Assembly (NCBI GenBank): GCA_038245295.1
Contig: JBBRSP010000019.1
Coordinates: forward strand, 1 to 64,000
DNA: 64,000 nucleotides
Origin: Candidatus Binatia bacterium
GTDB lineage: Bacteria > Desulfobacterota > Binatia > HRBIN30
Reading direction: 5' to 3'
Numbering within the stretch: the first letter of the stretch is position 1; the number at the start of each line of letters is the position of its first letter. Positions 39,483 to 48,804 of this stretch are shown here, one piece after another. The notes beneath the pieces are model-generated. The model worked only from the letters and a program-made list of their open reading frames with translations. It made no database searches and was not told the DNA's origin. The translations under genes and the position numbers were made by a program.

Positions 39483-40865
39483 ATGAACGATTCGAGTATT
39501 GAACCAACCCGAACCGAGCGCGATCGTTTGATTGCCGATGCCGTTGCCTATGCGCGGCAGTCCGCCTTCTACAAGGCTCATCTGGCTGGGGCCTATGTCA
39601 ACGGACGCGCCGACCTGGCGCGCTTGCCGCTGACCACCAAGGATCATCTGCGCCAGGCGAGTCCGTATGGCATGCTCGCCATCGAACCACACCGCGTCTG
39701 GCACTACCACGAATCCAGCGGCACCACCGGCGAGCCGATCGCCACCTGGGCCGGCCTGAAGGAAGTGCAGCGTATGGGCAGCATCATCCACGCGATGGTG
39801 CCCGAGTTGTCGCAACCGTCGACGCTCCTCAATCGCTTCCCGCTGTTTTCACCCGTGTCGTTCGTCTTCGAAGAAGCGATGCGGCAGGCCGAGATGTGTC
39901 ACATCGCCGCCGGCAACTTCAGCTGGGATGTGCCGTTCTCGCGCGTTCTCGAGTTCATCCACCGCCTCAAAGTAACGGCGCTATCGACCTTGCCGCTGGA
40001 GCCGATCCTGTTGCGCGAGTTGGCCGAGACCGAAGGGCGCTCGATGCGTGACTTCGACTCGCTCAAGGTCATCTTCTGCGGCGGCGCCATCTTGCCGGCG
40101 TCGATGCGCCGCCTCATCGAGCGCGACTGGAGCGCTCGCATTGTCGAGATCTACGGCTCGAATGAAACTCTGCTGCTGGGTGTCGGCTGCACCGCCGGAC
40201 GCACGCACCTGTGTGAGGAGTTGAACGAGTTTGAAGTCCTCGATCCGACGACGCATCAACCCGTCGCCAACGGCGAGGCCGGCATTCTCACCGTAACCAG
40301 CCTCGCCCACGAGGCCGCGCCGCTGGTGCGCTACTACACTGGTGACATCGTCCGTGTTTCGTCCGAGCCATGCCCGTGCGGCAATCCCACCGCGACGATG
40401 CAGTGCCTCGGACGGTACGGAGATCGCATCATCTACGGCGGTGCGTCGATAACGCCGTTGGAGCTTCTCGACGCCGCCTATGAGTTCGCCGAGCACCTCG
40501 GCACCCGCACGTTCTTCATCGTCTTGTTGCAGAAGAACGTACGCTTCCTCGTCGAAGTCGAGCACCCGACCCGTTTCCGCGGCAGCGAGGCGGAGCGGCG
40601 TTTCGTCGAACGCGCCATCGTGCCCATCGAAGTGGAGTATCTCGACAAGAACGACGTGATGGACCGCAGCGCCCTGTTTCGCTCGCCGAAGATCTACAAA
40701 CCGAGCCAGATCAGCGACTGGCGCGGCGGCGGCCGCAAGACGATTACCATCATGGAAGCCCTGCTGGAGTGGCCAACCTACGACAGGCGTACCATCTTCC
40801 ACATCGTCAAGCGCCAGATCCGCAACGGCCTGCGCCGGCGGCGGTTCATCAAGAGTGACCGTTAG
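39483..40865 (+). CDS. Phenylacetate-CoA ligase (PaaK)-like adenylate-forming enzyme
   Basis: SAFY...LPLTTKDHLR, SSGTTGEP P-loop, IYGSNE, PLVRYYTGD, C.CG...LGR. Confidence 0.85.
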   Translation: MNDSSIEPTRTERDRLIADAVAYARQSAFYKAHLAGAYVNGRADLARLPLTTKDHLRQASPYGMLAIEPHRVWHYHESSGTTGEPIATWAGLKEVQRMGSIIHAMVPELSQPSTLLNRFPLFSPVSFVFEEAMRQAEMCHIAAGNFSWDVPFSRVLEFIHRLKVTALSTLPLEPILLRELAETEGRSMRDFDSLKVIFCGGAILPASMRRLIERDWSARIVEIYGSNETLLLGVGCTAGRTHLCEELNEFEVLDPTTHQPVANGEAGILTVTSLAHEAAPLVRYYTGDIVRVSSEPCPCGNPTATMQCLGRYGDRIIYGGASITPLELLDAAYEFAEHLGTRTFFIVLLQKNVRFLVEVEHPTRFRGSEAERRFVERAIVPIEVEYLDKNDVMDRSALFRSPKIYKPSQISDWRGGGRKTITIMEALLEWPTYDRRTIFHIVKRQIRNGLRRRRFIKSDR

Positions 40866-40960
40866 CTCCGACCCTTCACCGTAGAGACGCAGCGTCACAG
40901 AGAAAGCCGCGATAGACACAGCCAGCTACCAGCCGGAACCAACTCAGGCCAACGGCTCTA

Positions 40961-41047
40961 CCTCCGTCATACCGGCGAAAGCCGGTATCTCGCCAGCTTT
41001 CGAGGCTTCCAGCAGGGCTAGTTCCCGGTTTTCACCGGGAGGACGTT
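40961..41047. repeat. CGTC-type REP doublet
   Basis: ccgtcataccggcgaaagccggtatctcgccagc...cccggttttcaccggga, inverted copy of part of 55104-55320. Confidence 0.8.
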
Positions 41048-41124
41048 CAGCACTTGCCGGTATGTGGACGGAGCAATGAACGGAAAAGTCGGCGCCCGCT
41101 GCGCCTCTGCGGTGGAGGTTCTGG

Positions 41125-42105
41125 TCAGCCGCGGCTCAACTGCGGAAACACCCGCGCCACCTTGCGCCGTAGGTAGTCGCCGTAGGTTCCCTCGAAGTCG
41201 TGGACACTCTCGCCATCCCAGCGCTGGTCGCGGTCGTCGCTGACGCTGCTGCCGAGCTCGATTCGCCCAATGCGATGGATGCGCGCATCGAAGTTGGGAT
41301 CGAAGAAGAACGGGAACGACAGTCGACCACGCCCCGAGGTGTTGCGCACGCGGTGCGGCGTCGAACGGTACACGCCGCCGGTCATGCGATCGAGCATATC
41401 GCCGATGTTGCAAACGAAGCTATCCGGGATCGGTGGTGCCTCGAGCCATCCCTGCTTCGACTTAACCTGCAGGCCACCGCAGTCGTCCTGCCTGAGGATG
41501 GTCAGCAACCCATAGTCGGTATGTTCGCCGACACTCCATACCTGCTCGGCGGCGGCGAGCGGCGGGTAATGGAAGATGCGAAATAGGATGAGTGGATCGG
41601 TCGTGTAGTGTGTCGCGAAGTAGTCAGCGTCGAGACCGAGGCTGAGGCCGATGCCACGCATCAGCGTGTGGCCCAATGTCGTCAGCTCGTCCATGTAGCG
41701 CAGGACCGTTGCTGCCAACTCAGCCGGACGCGATGGAAACAGGTTGGCACCGTGCAGCGGCGTGCCGGCGCGAACGTGCGCGTGCTCCGGTCCTAGCTCA
41801 CGGCCGAAGTAGAGGCCTTCCTTCTGATCCGGCACCCCCGAGGTCAGTTCGTCGCCGACCGGAAAAAACCCACGCCAGGCAAGGCCGCCGCGCGCCATGG
41901 CGATCTGCATCTTCTCGTCGTGTGGCAGGCTAAAGAATTCGCGACTGAGCGCATCGAGCCGGGCCACCAATGTCGCGTCGACGCCGTGACCAACGACATA
42001 GAAGAACCCCGTATCGCGGCAGGCGACGGCGATCTCCGCCGCTGTGCGCGAGGACGAAGCGTCGGAGCGCAAGGACGAAACGTCAATGACAGGAAGGATG
42101 CTCAT
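41125..42105 (-). CDS. 2-oxoglutarate/Fe(II) dioxygenase (isopenicillin N synthase family)
   Basis: LPVID...[37 protein letters not shown]. Confidence 0.93.
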   Translation of the reverse strand: MSILPVIDVSSLRSDASSSRTAAEIAVACRDTGFFYVVGHGVDATLVARLDALSREFFSLPHDEKMQIAMARGGLAWRGFFPVGDELTSGVPDQKEGLYFGRELGPEHAHVRAGTPLHGANLFPSRPAELAATVLRYMDELTTLGHTLMRGIGLSLGLDADYFATHYTTDPLILFRIFHYPPLAAAEQVWSVGEHTDYGLLTILRQDDCGGLQVKSKQGWLEAPPIPDSFVCNIGDMLDRMTGGVYRSTPHRVRNTSGRGRLSFPFFFDPNFDARIHRIGRIELGSSVSDDRDQRWDGESVHDFEGTYGDYLRRKVARVFPQLSRG

Positions 42106-42127
42106 CAGGCGCCTCTACGCGCGAACT

Positions 42128-42267
42128 CTCCCCTCACCCCGCTCGACTCTGGGACCGCAGGCGCGGGGTGAGGGTTAGGGTGAGGGGACTCGGATGCAAA
42201 CCGCCAGCGGGCCCTCACCCCGACCCTCTCCCACATGCCGCGAACTCGCTCGCGGTGGGAGAGGGAA
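42128..42267. repeat. CCCTCACCC/CCCTCTCCC...GGGAGAGGG REP-type repeat
   Basis: ccctcacccc...ggggtgagggttagggtgagggg...ccctcaccccgaccctctccca...tgggagaggga. Confidence 0.75.
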
Positions 42268-42310
42268 GTGTTGTCTTTCCATCTCCCACAGGAACAGAGA
42301 GGTCCGCGGA

Positions 42311-43483
42311 CTAAGCCGCAACGCGCGGCGGATTGTAGTTGTCGAACGTGGCGCCTTTGGCCTCGTGATCGGAAAGAATGGCCTCGAAGGGTCGCTGATC
42401 GATCACTTCGAACTGGCTGGTCTCGAGTGGAAAGTTGGCGCCCGCCGGTGTGTACGGCGTCACCGCGGCGGAGCCAGCCGAAATGACCCGGACGACCGGT
42501 GCCAGGCGTTGCTGCATCTCACGATTCTCGCGCGTCGTGATCACGGTCTTGGCGGTCGGCAGGGCCAGCGCCAGCAGCGATACTAGGCGCACGAATGACT
42601 CGTCATCGACATCGCGATGGCTGGCGCCGCCCGAGATACGTCGCAGGCGCGGCACGGAGAGATACACTTCCATACCAAGCTTCTGCAGATGACGGCTGTG
42701 CAAGACCAACGCCGTGAGCTCGTAGATGAGGGCGGGGTTCAGCCCGAGCAAAATTCCCGGGTGAGCGACGCGCATTCCAGCGCGGAAGGCGCGATCGAAG
42801 TTGACCAGGCGGCGCGCAAAATCGGCGCGTGGGTTGCCCGGCGTCTGCCCCATAAATTTGCGGTAGACCTCCGGCTCGTAGGTTTCCTGAAAGGTCGACA
42901 TCGTAAGCTTCGGCATGATGGCGCCGTCGTCGTCGCGGTCGACGCCGTCGAGCAACACGTCGAACTCGTCGTCGTCGATCGAGCCGACATTGATCAGGAC
43001 GTGTCCGAATTTGAGCTCCTGCGTCGCACGCACCGCCGCATTGACGTAACGCATCGCCCAGTCGCGGCGCTCGCGCCGGTACTCGCCGGTGAGCAACGCT
43101 ACGGCCAGCATGCCGCGCTGACTCAGGATGCGTAGCTGCGCGATCACACCGTCGACATCGGCCGTCTCGCGTTGCAACGCACGGTTGTCCGTGCGCATGC
43201 CGCACATCTTACACTCGGCATCGCAGGTATTGGTCATGTAGAGCGGCGAGAAGGTCTCCAGATTATGTGCCTCGGGCGCCCGCAGAGCCGCGGCGTGATC
43301 AAAAATCGCCGCCGTATCGATCGATGAGAACCACAGCCGGGCCATATCGGCCGCTGCCAGAGGTGACGTGAGTGTGACCGCGCTCAGCAATCCGGCAGCG
43401 TCGATGTGATCGACCTGACTGCGAGCGGCATCGATCTGTTGATGGAGAGCATCGCTATCGAGTTGAAAATCGTGATGCATCAT
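42311..43483 (-). CDS. Radical SAM aromatic amino-acid lyase, NosL/NocL-like (putative 3-methyl-2-indolic acid synthase)
   Basis: TFSPLYMTNTCDAECKMCGMR, LTGEY, NVGS, FQETY...FMG...P.ADF.RR, LSVPR, TTRE, VISAGS...PY, SQF.V.D.R, matching NosL as I recall it. Confidence 0.8.
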   Translation of the reverse strand: MMHHDFQLDSDALHQQIDAARSQVDHIDAAGLLSAVTLTSPLAAADMARLWFSSIDTAAIFDHAAALRAPEAHNLETFSPLYMTNTCDAECKMCGMRTDNRALQRETADVDGVIAQLRILSQRGMLAVALLTGEYRRERRDWAMRYVNAAVRATQELKFGHVLINVGSIDDDEFDVLLDGVDRDDDGAIMPKLTMSTFQETYEPEVYRKFMGQTPGNPRADFARRLVNFDRAFRAGMRVAHPGILLGLNPALIYELTALVLHSRHLQKLGMEVYLSVPRLRRISGGASHRDVDDESFVRLVSLLALALPTAKTVITTRENREMQQRLAPVVRVISAGSAAVTPYTPAGANFPLETSQFEVIDQRPFEAILSDHEAKGATFDNYNPPRVAA

Positions 43484-43899
43484 CGATCGGACCTATAGAG
43501 CAGCGCTCGGAGGTTGGTCAACCAACAGATTCCGCTAAGGGTTGGGCGTCGGGCGTGGTGGGTCGGGCGTTGCGGACAGTGAGGCGCACCGGAGCGATGG
43601 GCCACATGACGATCACCGACGGCGCCGGAGGAACAGTCGAGGTGGGCAGGGGTCAATCTCGGCCGCCGTCGACTTGCGAGAGTTGAGAGAGTTCTCACAA
43701 CGCTGTGCGCTTCGGTCGGGAACCAGCCCGATTCCGTTCTAGTCGGCATCAAGACCGAATTGCCGTGCAAAGCCCCGCCAACGGTCCCCGACCGTTAACC
43801 GCACAACCGCCTTCGGTGGGTCCGACCCCGGAGCCCCGCCAGCAACCGCATGTCAATTTCGTTTGTCGGGCTTCGCCTTTGAATGGTAGAGCCCCGCTG

Positions 43900-44859
43900 A
43901 TGGGGCAACGATCGCGGGTAAAAATTGGGGTCGCAGTCTTGTTGGCATGCAATCAGTTCGCTTGTGGAGCAGTGATCAGCGGCACAACGCAGCGAGTGAG
44001 AGTGTCTTCAGATCCGGACGCGGCGCAGATCGAAGCGGTGAGTCGGCGTGGATCACGTAGTGCAACTGCACCGGGATACGTGGATGTTAGCCGTCGTCGG
44101 CCAGGCCTTGGGGTCATTCGCGCCAGCAAGGAGGGCTACCACTCTGCGTGCCGCGTCATCGAATCAAAGCGCGACCCGGCGCTCATGACCCTCGATATCA
44201 TCCCCGCCGCGCTCCCTCTCCTGCTCGATCTTATGATTAAAACCTGGCCTCCCGGTGACTACCCGAAGAGTGTCGACTTGGCGCTCGAGCCCTTACCTCA
44301 GGGGTGGGTCGACGTGCTGCCATCGGCCACGGCCATCCTCGACGCGTTTGACATCGCTCAAGTCAACTTCTGCGACCCGTCCGCCGAGCTGAAAGGTTGG
44401 ATGCGCATTCGCAGTCAGTACGCGAATCGAGCCACAAGGATTATCGCTACTTCCGGTGATCTATCCCGGCCCTACGATGTCGTGGGCCGCGTCGACGTCA
44501 GCGCCGAAGGAACCAACTACTGGGTATTCAACTACTGGCGGTTCGGCTCGCTTGGCACATTCGACCTCCGCCACTACGAGTACAAAGAAGACCCGGCCGC
44601 AATGAATGAGATGTTGAAGTTCAGAGCCTTCGAGAAATTCGGCGATACGTTCGATGCCATCCTAAACGTTCACTACGAATCCATGCCTCACAACAGCGTC
44701 TCCGCGGGGGGCGTAGCGGTCCGCTTCACGGGCTCCGAGGCATCGGCGCACCAAGGGAATGAGGAGCGACTGAAGGAGATACGAAATCTGCTCGACAAGG
44801 GGCTAATTACGAATGAGCAGTATGAACAGAAGCGAGCAGATATTTTGAAAGGTCTATAG
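43900..44859 (+). CDS. Hypothetical exported/lipoprotein with PEGA-like N-terminus and C-terminal SHOCT
   Basis: ACGAVISGTTQRVRVSSDP...SKEGY; ERLKEIRNLLDKGLITNEQYEQKRADIL. Confidence 0.7.
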   Translation: MGQRSRVKIGVAVLLACNQFACGAVISGTTQRVRVSSDPDAAQIEAVSRRGSRSATAPGYVDVSRRRPGLGVIRASKEGYHSACRVIESKRDPALMTLDIIPAALPLLLDLMIKTWPPGDYPKSVDLALEPLPQGWVDVLPSATAILDAFDIAQVNFCDPSAELKGWMRIRSQYANRATRIIATSGDLSRPYDVVGRVDVSAEGTNYWVFNYWRFGSLGTFDLRHYEYKEDPAAMNEMLKFRAFEKFGDTFDAILNVHYESMPHNSVSAGGVAVRFTGSEASAHQGNEERLKEIRNLLDKGLITNEQYEQKRADILKGL

Positions 44860-45767
44860 TGGACGCTGGGTCGCGCCCGACGCCGAACGCCGCGACAACG
44901 CTGCTGCAAGACGGCGGTCTTGATCCGGAGGCCGTCGACTGGGCGCATGTGAGTCTTCCGCCCGCGTGGCCGGATCGGCTGAACCTCCGCCAGGCGCGTG
45001 ATCTGGCCTACTACGTGGCCCGCCTGTTTGGCCGCCGCCGTCCGGTTGAGCTACCGACACAGTTAAGACTGCGTCGCGAACTGCCGGCCTACCTGCTGCA
45101 GGAGTTCCACCACCTGCCGAACGGCAATTATTCTCTGCGCCTTAGCGATATCTATGTGACCTGGTTCGATCGCTCGATGCTCGGAACGATGAAACGGGGT
45201 CGCGGTCGCATCGTCGACGCGTTGGCCGGCTGTTTCAGCGTGCTTGATCTCGGTTGCGGTGGGGCCCAGCTCGGGCAGATGCTGCGTCAACGGGGCGTAG
45301 CAGAGGTCTGGGGTATGGATGCGTCGCCGTATCTCTTGCATCAGGCGGCCCGCCGTGTTGCCGGTGTGAAGCTCGTACAAGGCCTGGCGGAGGACAGCGG
45401 ATTCCCCGCTGAGCGCTTCGATGGCATCGGCGCCTGCTTCTTGTTTCATGAACTGACGCCGCACGCTGCCGACGACGTCTTGCGCGAGGCCTGGCGCATT
45501 CTGAAGCCTAGTGGGCTGCTGGCGGTAACCGAGCCTTGTCCCGATCAGCTGCACGAACGGAATCTGTGGCGACTCTGGCGTCAGGCTGGCTTGGCTGGTT
45601 TTTACTTTGCGACGCTTGCCCGCTTCGTCCACGAACCCATGCTCGACGCCTGGTATGCAGTCGATCTACGTGCGTGGCTCGACCGCGCCGGCTTCGATCT
45701 GTTGAGCGACGAGTCTTGTTTACCGTTTCGAACGTTTGTGGCGCGCAAGCGCGGTGGCACCGCCTGA
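44859..45767 (+). CDS. Class I SAM-dependent methyltransferase
   Basis: VLDLGCGGAQ, GMDAS, QGLAE...FD, FLFHE, RILKPSG. Confidence 0.88.
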   Translation: MDAGSRPTPNAATTLLQDGGLDPEAVDWAHVSLPPAWPDRLNLRQARDLAYYVARLFGRRRPVELPTQLRLRRELPAYLLQEFHHLPNGNYSLRLSDIYVTWFDRSMLGTMKRGRGRIVDALAGCFSVLDLGCGGAQLGQMLRQRGVAEVWGMDASPYLLHQAARRVAGVKLVQGLAEDSGFPAERFDGIGACFLFHELTPHAADDVLREAWRILKPSGLLAVTEPCPDQLHERNLWRLWRQAGLAGFYFATLARFVHEPMLDAWYAVDLRAWLDRAGFDLLSDESCLPFRTFVARKRGGTA

Positions 45768-45799
45768 GTATGGGTGTCGACGAACCGGCCCACCCTCGA

Positions 45800-47050
45800 T
45801 CAGCGGACCGCGATCTCGGCGTGGTCGTGTCCGATGGTACCCCACTTCACCATGAAATCGACGAGCCCGACGCTGTAACGACTGCGGGTCGCTTCACCCG
45901 TGAAGACACGCGGAAGGTGGCGTCCGATATGGCGGTTGAGAATCCACCAGGCCCGCTCTTGGGACTTCAGCTGGCCAACCTGAAACAACGTGAACAGGCT
46001 GCCGTCGTAGTAGTAGTCCACTAGGCGTTGCCACACTTTGAGGTTGTAGGCGACATGTGTCTCGAAGCGTTTCATTGCTCGGGTGCTGCCATCGAGAAGA
46101 GCTTGCGAGAGTTCGAGCGCGCCTTCCATGCCGATCAGCAGCCCGCTCGAGAAGACCGGGTCGATGAAGCCGAACGCATCGCCCACGGTGGCCCAGTTTT
46201 CGCCGAATCCGCGCAGCGAGCGCATCTGGTAGTTGCTGTACTTGACGACGGGTGTGACCCGCTCGGCGCCGTGGCTCCAACGCGCCAGCATCGGTTCCTC
46301 GCGCAGCGTTCCAGCGAACTGGTCCTCGATCGACGCTCCAAAACGCGCCAGGTGGGCGGCGTTGACCACGAGTCCGATCGACACGCGGCCCGGAAGCGGG
46401 ATGCGCCAGCACCAGCCTCGCGTCAGGCGATCGGTGTGTACGTTGCCGTCAACGACAAGCGGAACGCCCGTCATGTGGGCGTGCAGCGCCGCGTCCTTAC
46501 GGGGGCCCTCAACGAACGGCAGCTCGAGGAGGTTGGCGATCGTACGGCTGCGCCCGGTGGCGTCGACAATCCAATCGGGTTGCTCGCGGATGGTCCCGCC
46601 GGCCATCTCCAGTGTTTTCGCGGTGAGGCGTAGCCGATCGGTGCCGTCGACGCGCTCCAGGCCGGCGGTGGCCTCGATCACCGCGGTGCCGGCGTCCCTT
46701 GCGGCCTGAAGGATTACGGCGTCGAAGAGGTCACGTGGCGTATTGTAGGAGTAGTTGACCTCGGCACCGATAACCTGGTCGAAGCGAAACGTAATGGTGC
46801 TCTCGTTCGTCAACACGAAGGTGGCTCCAGGCTTGTGGGTACTGAAAGCCTTCACCTCCTCCTCGATGCCGAGGCGGCGCAGGAATGGGATGATGGCCGG
46901 GACCAATGATTCGCCGACGATGATGGGAGGTCGCTTTGGCTTGTGGAAAAGGATCACACGAACCCCGGCACGCGACAGGTAGGTCGCCAGGCTGGCACCC
47001 ACCGGGCCGCCGCCGAGGATGGCGACGGTGCGCACTCTTTGATCCCCCAT
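45800..47050 (-). CDS. Flavin-dependent halogenase-family enzyme
   Basis: GGGPVG FAD motif, VGESL, HKPGA (candidate catalytic Lys), DATG, WCWRIP (WxWxIP), GDAFGFIDPVFSSG. Confidence 0.85.
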   Translation of the reverse strand: MGDQRVRTVAILGGGPVGASLATYLSRAGVRVILFHKPKRPPIIVGESLVPAIIPFLRRLGIEEEVKAFSTHKPGATFVLTNESTITFRFDQVIGAEVNYSYNTPRDLFDAVILQAARDAGTAVIEATAGLERVDGTDRLRLTAKTLEMAGGTIREQPDWIVDATGRSRTIANLLELPFVEGPRKDAALHAHMTGVPLVVDGNVHTDRLTRGWCWRIPLPGRVSIGLVVNAAHLARFGASIEDQFAGTLREEPMLARWSHGAERVTPVVKYSNYQMRSLRGFGENWATVGDAFGFIDPVFSSGLLIGMEGALELSQALLDGSTRAMKRFETHVAYNLKVWQRLVDYYYDGSLFTLFQVGQLKSQERAWWILNRHIGRHLPRVFTGEATRSRYSVGLVDFMVKWGTIGHDHAEIAVR

Positions 47051-47183
47051 GCTCCGACCCTACAATCAGCCGGATGACGACGCAACGGCGTGAGTAGTTC
47101 GGCCTGGCAAACGATTTGACAGGTTTGCCCTCCTTGGGTGAAGAATGGCCCGTGGCGGCTATGGCAGGATCGAACGAGCGGGT

Positions 47184-47438
47184 ATGGTGACCAAAGAAGA
47201 ACTGGAAGAGCGCATCTTGGCGATCGTCCGCGAGGACATCCTGAAGGTCGACGAGAGCTTCACGCCGCAGGCGAACCTCATCGAGGCGGGCCTCGACTCA
47301 CTGGCGCTGACACAGTTGATGCTGGCGATCGAGGAGAGTACCGGGCTGTGGGTCGACGAGAGTTTGCTCACGGAAGAGACCGTAGCCAACGTCATCACCT
47401 TGACCGCGCTCGTGTATGCCGAACTACAGCAACACTGA
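47184..47438 (+). CDS. Acyl/aryl carrier protein
   Basis: Acidic ~84 aa; LIEAGLDSLAL phosphopantetheine Ser motif. Confidence 0.9.
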   Translation: MVTKEELEERILAIVREDILKVDESFTPQANLIEAGLDSLALTQLMLAIEESTGLWVDESLLTEETVANVITLTALVYAELQQH

Positions 47439-48804
47439 CGTCGTGCCGTTGACCGGTGCCGATTGCTTCTTGAGAGCCATCGATTCCGAGGCGCGGCGCA
47501 GCGGACAGGCCGGTCATCTTTCCCAACTCGTGCTCAGACTCGGCCCCGCCTTCGATGTCGACAGGTTCCGGCGTCTCATCGAGGAAGTTTCGCGCGCCAA
47601 TCCCATCGTGCGCTCACCCATCCGCCGCCAGGCGGTTGTCGGACCTCCCGTCTACCGCCTCGACCGCGCCGTGCCGCCACCGGGCGTAAGTATCAACCTG
47701 CATTCCTTGGCCGCCGTCGTCGCAGCGAACGATTCGGAGGCACCGGCGCTTGGCGCCATCCCTGATTTATTCTGCCGCCGCCTCAACGATCGACTCGATG
47801 CGACACACGGGAGACTACTCTGTTTCGACCTTGTGCCGCGAGGCGGTGTGCATCCCGGGACTGATCTCGCCATGACTTGGCAGCATATGCTCTTCGACGG
47901 CTCCGGCAGCGAGCTTTTCGTCGAGCACCTCGCGGCGTGTTCGTCCGACCCGTCGCGCGGTCGCGAGTTGCCGATCAACCGCGCCGCCGGCGGCAAGTCA
48001 TCGTCTGCCGTGGCAGAGTTGGCCGCGACCGCCGGTGAGCGCGGACAGATGGCCCAGGCCTGGAACACCTACATGCACGGCGTTGCCGCCAAGCGTCCTA
48101 CCTCACTGGCCGGCCCCTTGCGCCAGGCGCAACAAGACCTGCGCTACGACCAGGTACGTCTCGAAGGCAGCGACGCCGTGAACGCCATCGACCGAGCCAA
48201 AAAGATGGCTGGTTTCCTGACACCGATGTTGTTCTTTCTCGCCGTATCATTGCGCGCGCACCAGGCGGTTGCCGACCTTCGTGGTCGTTCGTCGACGAGC
48301 TGGATCGTGCCGCTACCCGTCGACCTGCGACCGAAGGGAGGACAGGGCGAAGTCTTTCGCACGCATGTGTCGCTGCTGTGGTTTCAGGTCACAACCGACG
48401 AGACTCGCGACTTGGCTGGGTTGATCGAGGTGCTGAAGGTACAGCGCCTCTCGGCCATTCGCGCCAAGCTCGTCGAAGCCGGCGTGGCGGCGTTGGACTT
48501 CGCTCGGTACGCGCCGGCGCGGCTCTATTCACACATGGCCCGTCGCACTTTCGGCGGCGAGCTCGGATCGTTCTTCTTCGCGTACACCGGAGAGTTCGCG
48601 CCGGCCGCCGAATCGCTGTGCGGCGCGACGATCCTCGACGCCTTCCACGCGCCGTCGGTGCCGGCATCGCCCGGCAGCGCTCTGGTGTTCAGCCGGCGCG
48701 GCGGCGGCCTCAGCGCGGTGCACGTCTATCAGCGCGACAGCGTTGATCCTGCCGATCTCGGCGTACTACGCGAGCAGCTGCGGCGCGATCTGGGTGTCCA
48801 ATGA
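47416..48804 (+). CDS. Condensation-domain/CoA-dependent acyltransferase-fold protein
   Basis: WQHMLFDGSG (HxxxDG), PVDLR motif; overlaps the ACP gene. Confidence 0.75.
   Translation: MPNYSNTDVVPLTGADCFLRAIDSEARRSGQAGHLSQLVLRLGPAFDVDRFRRLIEEVSRANPIVRSPIRRQAVVGPPVYRLDRAVPPPGVSINLHSLAAVVAANDSEAPALGAIPDLFCRRLNDRLDATHGRLLCFDLVPRGGVHPGTDLAMTWQHMLFDGSGSELFVEHLAACSSDPSRGRELPINRAAGGKSSSAVAELAATAGERGQMAQAWNTYMHGVAAKRPTSLAGPLRQAQQDLRYDQVRLEGSDAVNAIDRAKKMAGFLTPMLFFLAVSLRAHQAVADLRGRSSTSWIVPLPVDLRPKGGQGEVFRTHVSLLWFQVTTDETRDLAGLIEVLKVQRLSAIRAKLVEAGVAALDFARYAPARLYSHMARRTFGGELGSFFFAYTGEFAPAAESLCGATILDAFHAPSVPASPGSALVFSRRGGGLSAVHVYQRDSVDPADLGVLREQLRRDLGVQ

Noticed and set aside
42311..43483. thiH or hydG annotation
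   Set aside because: No thi or hyd genes nearby, no HydG C-terminal Cys cluster motif, and motifs fit NosL better
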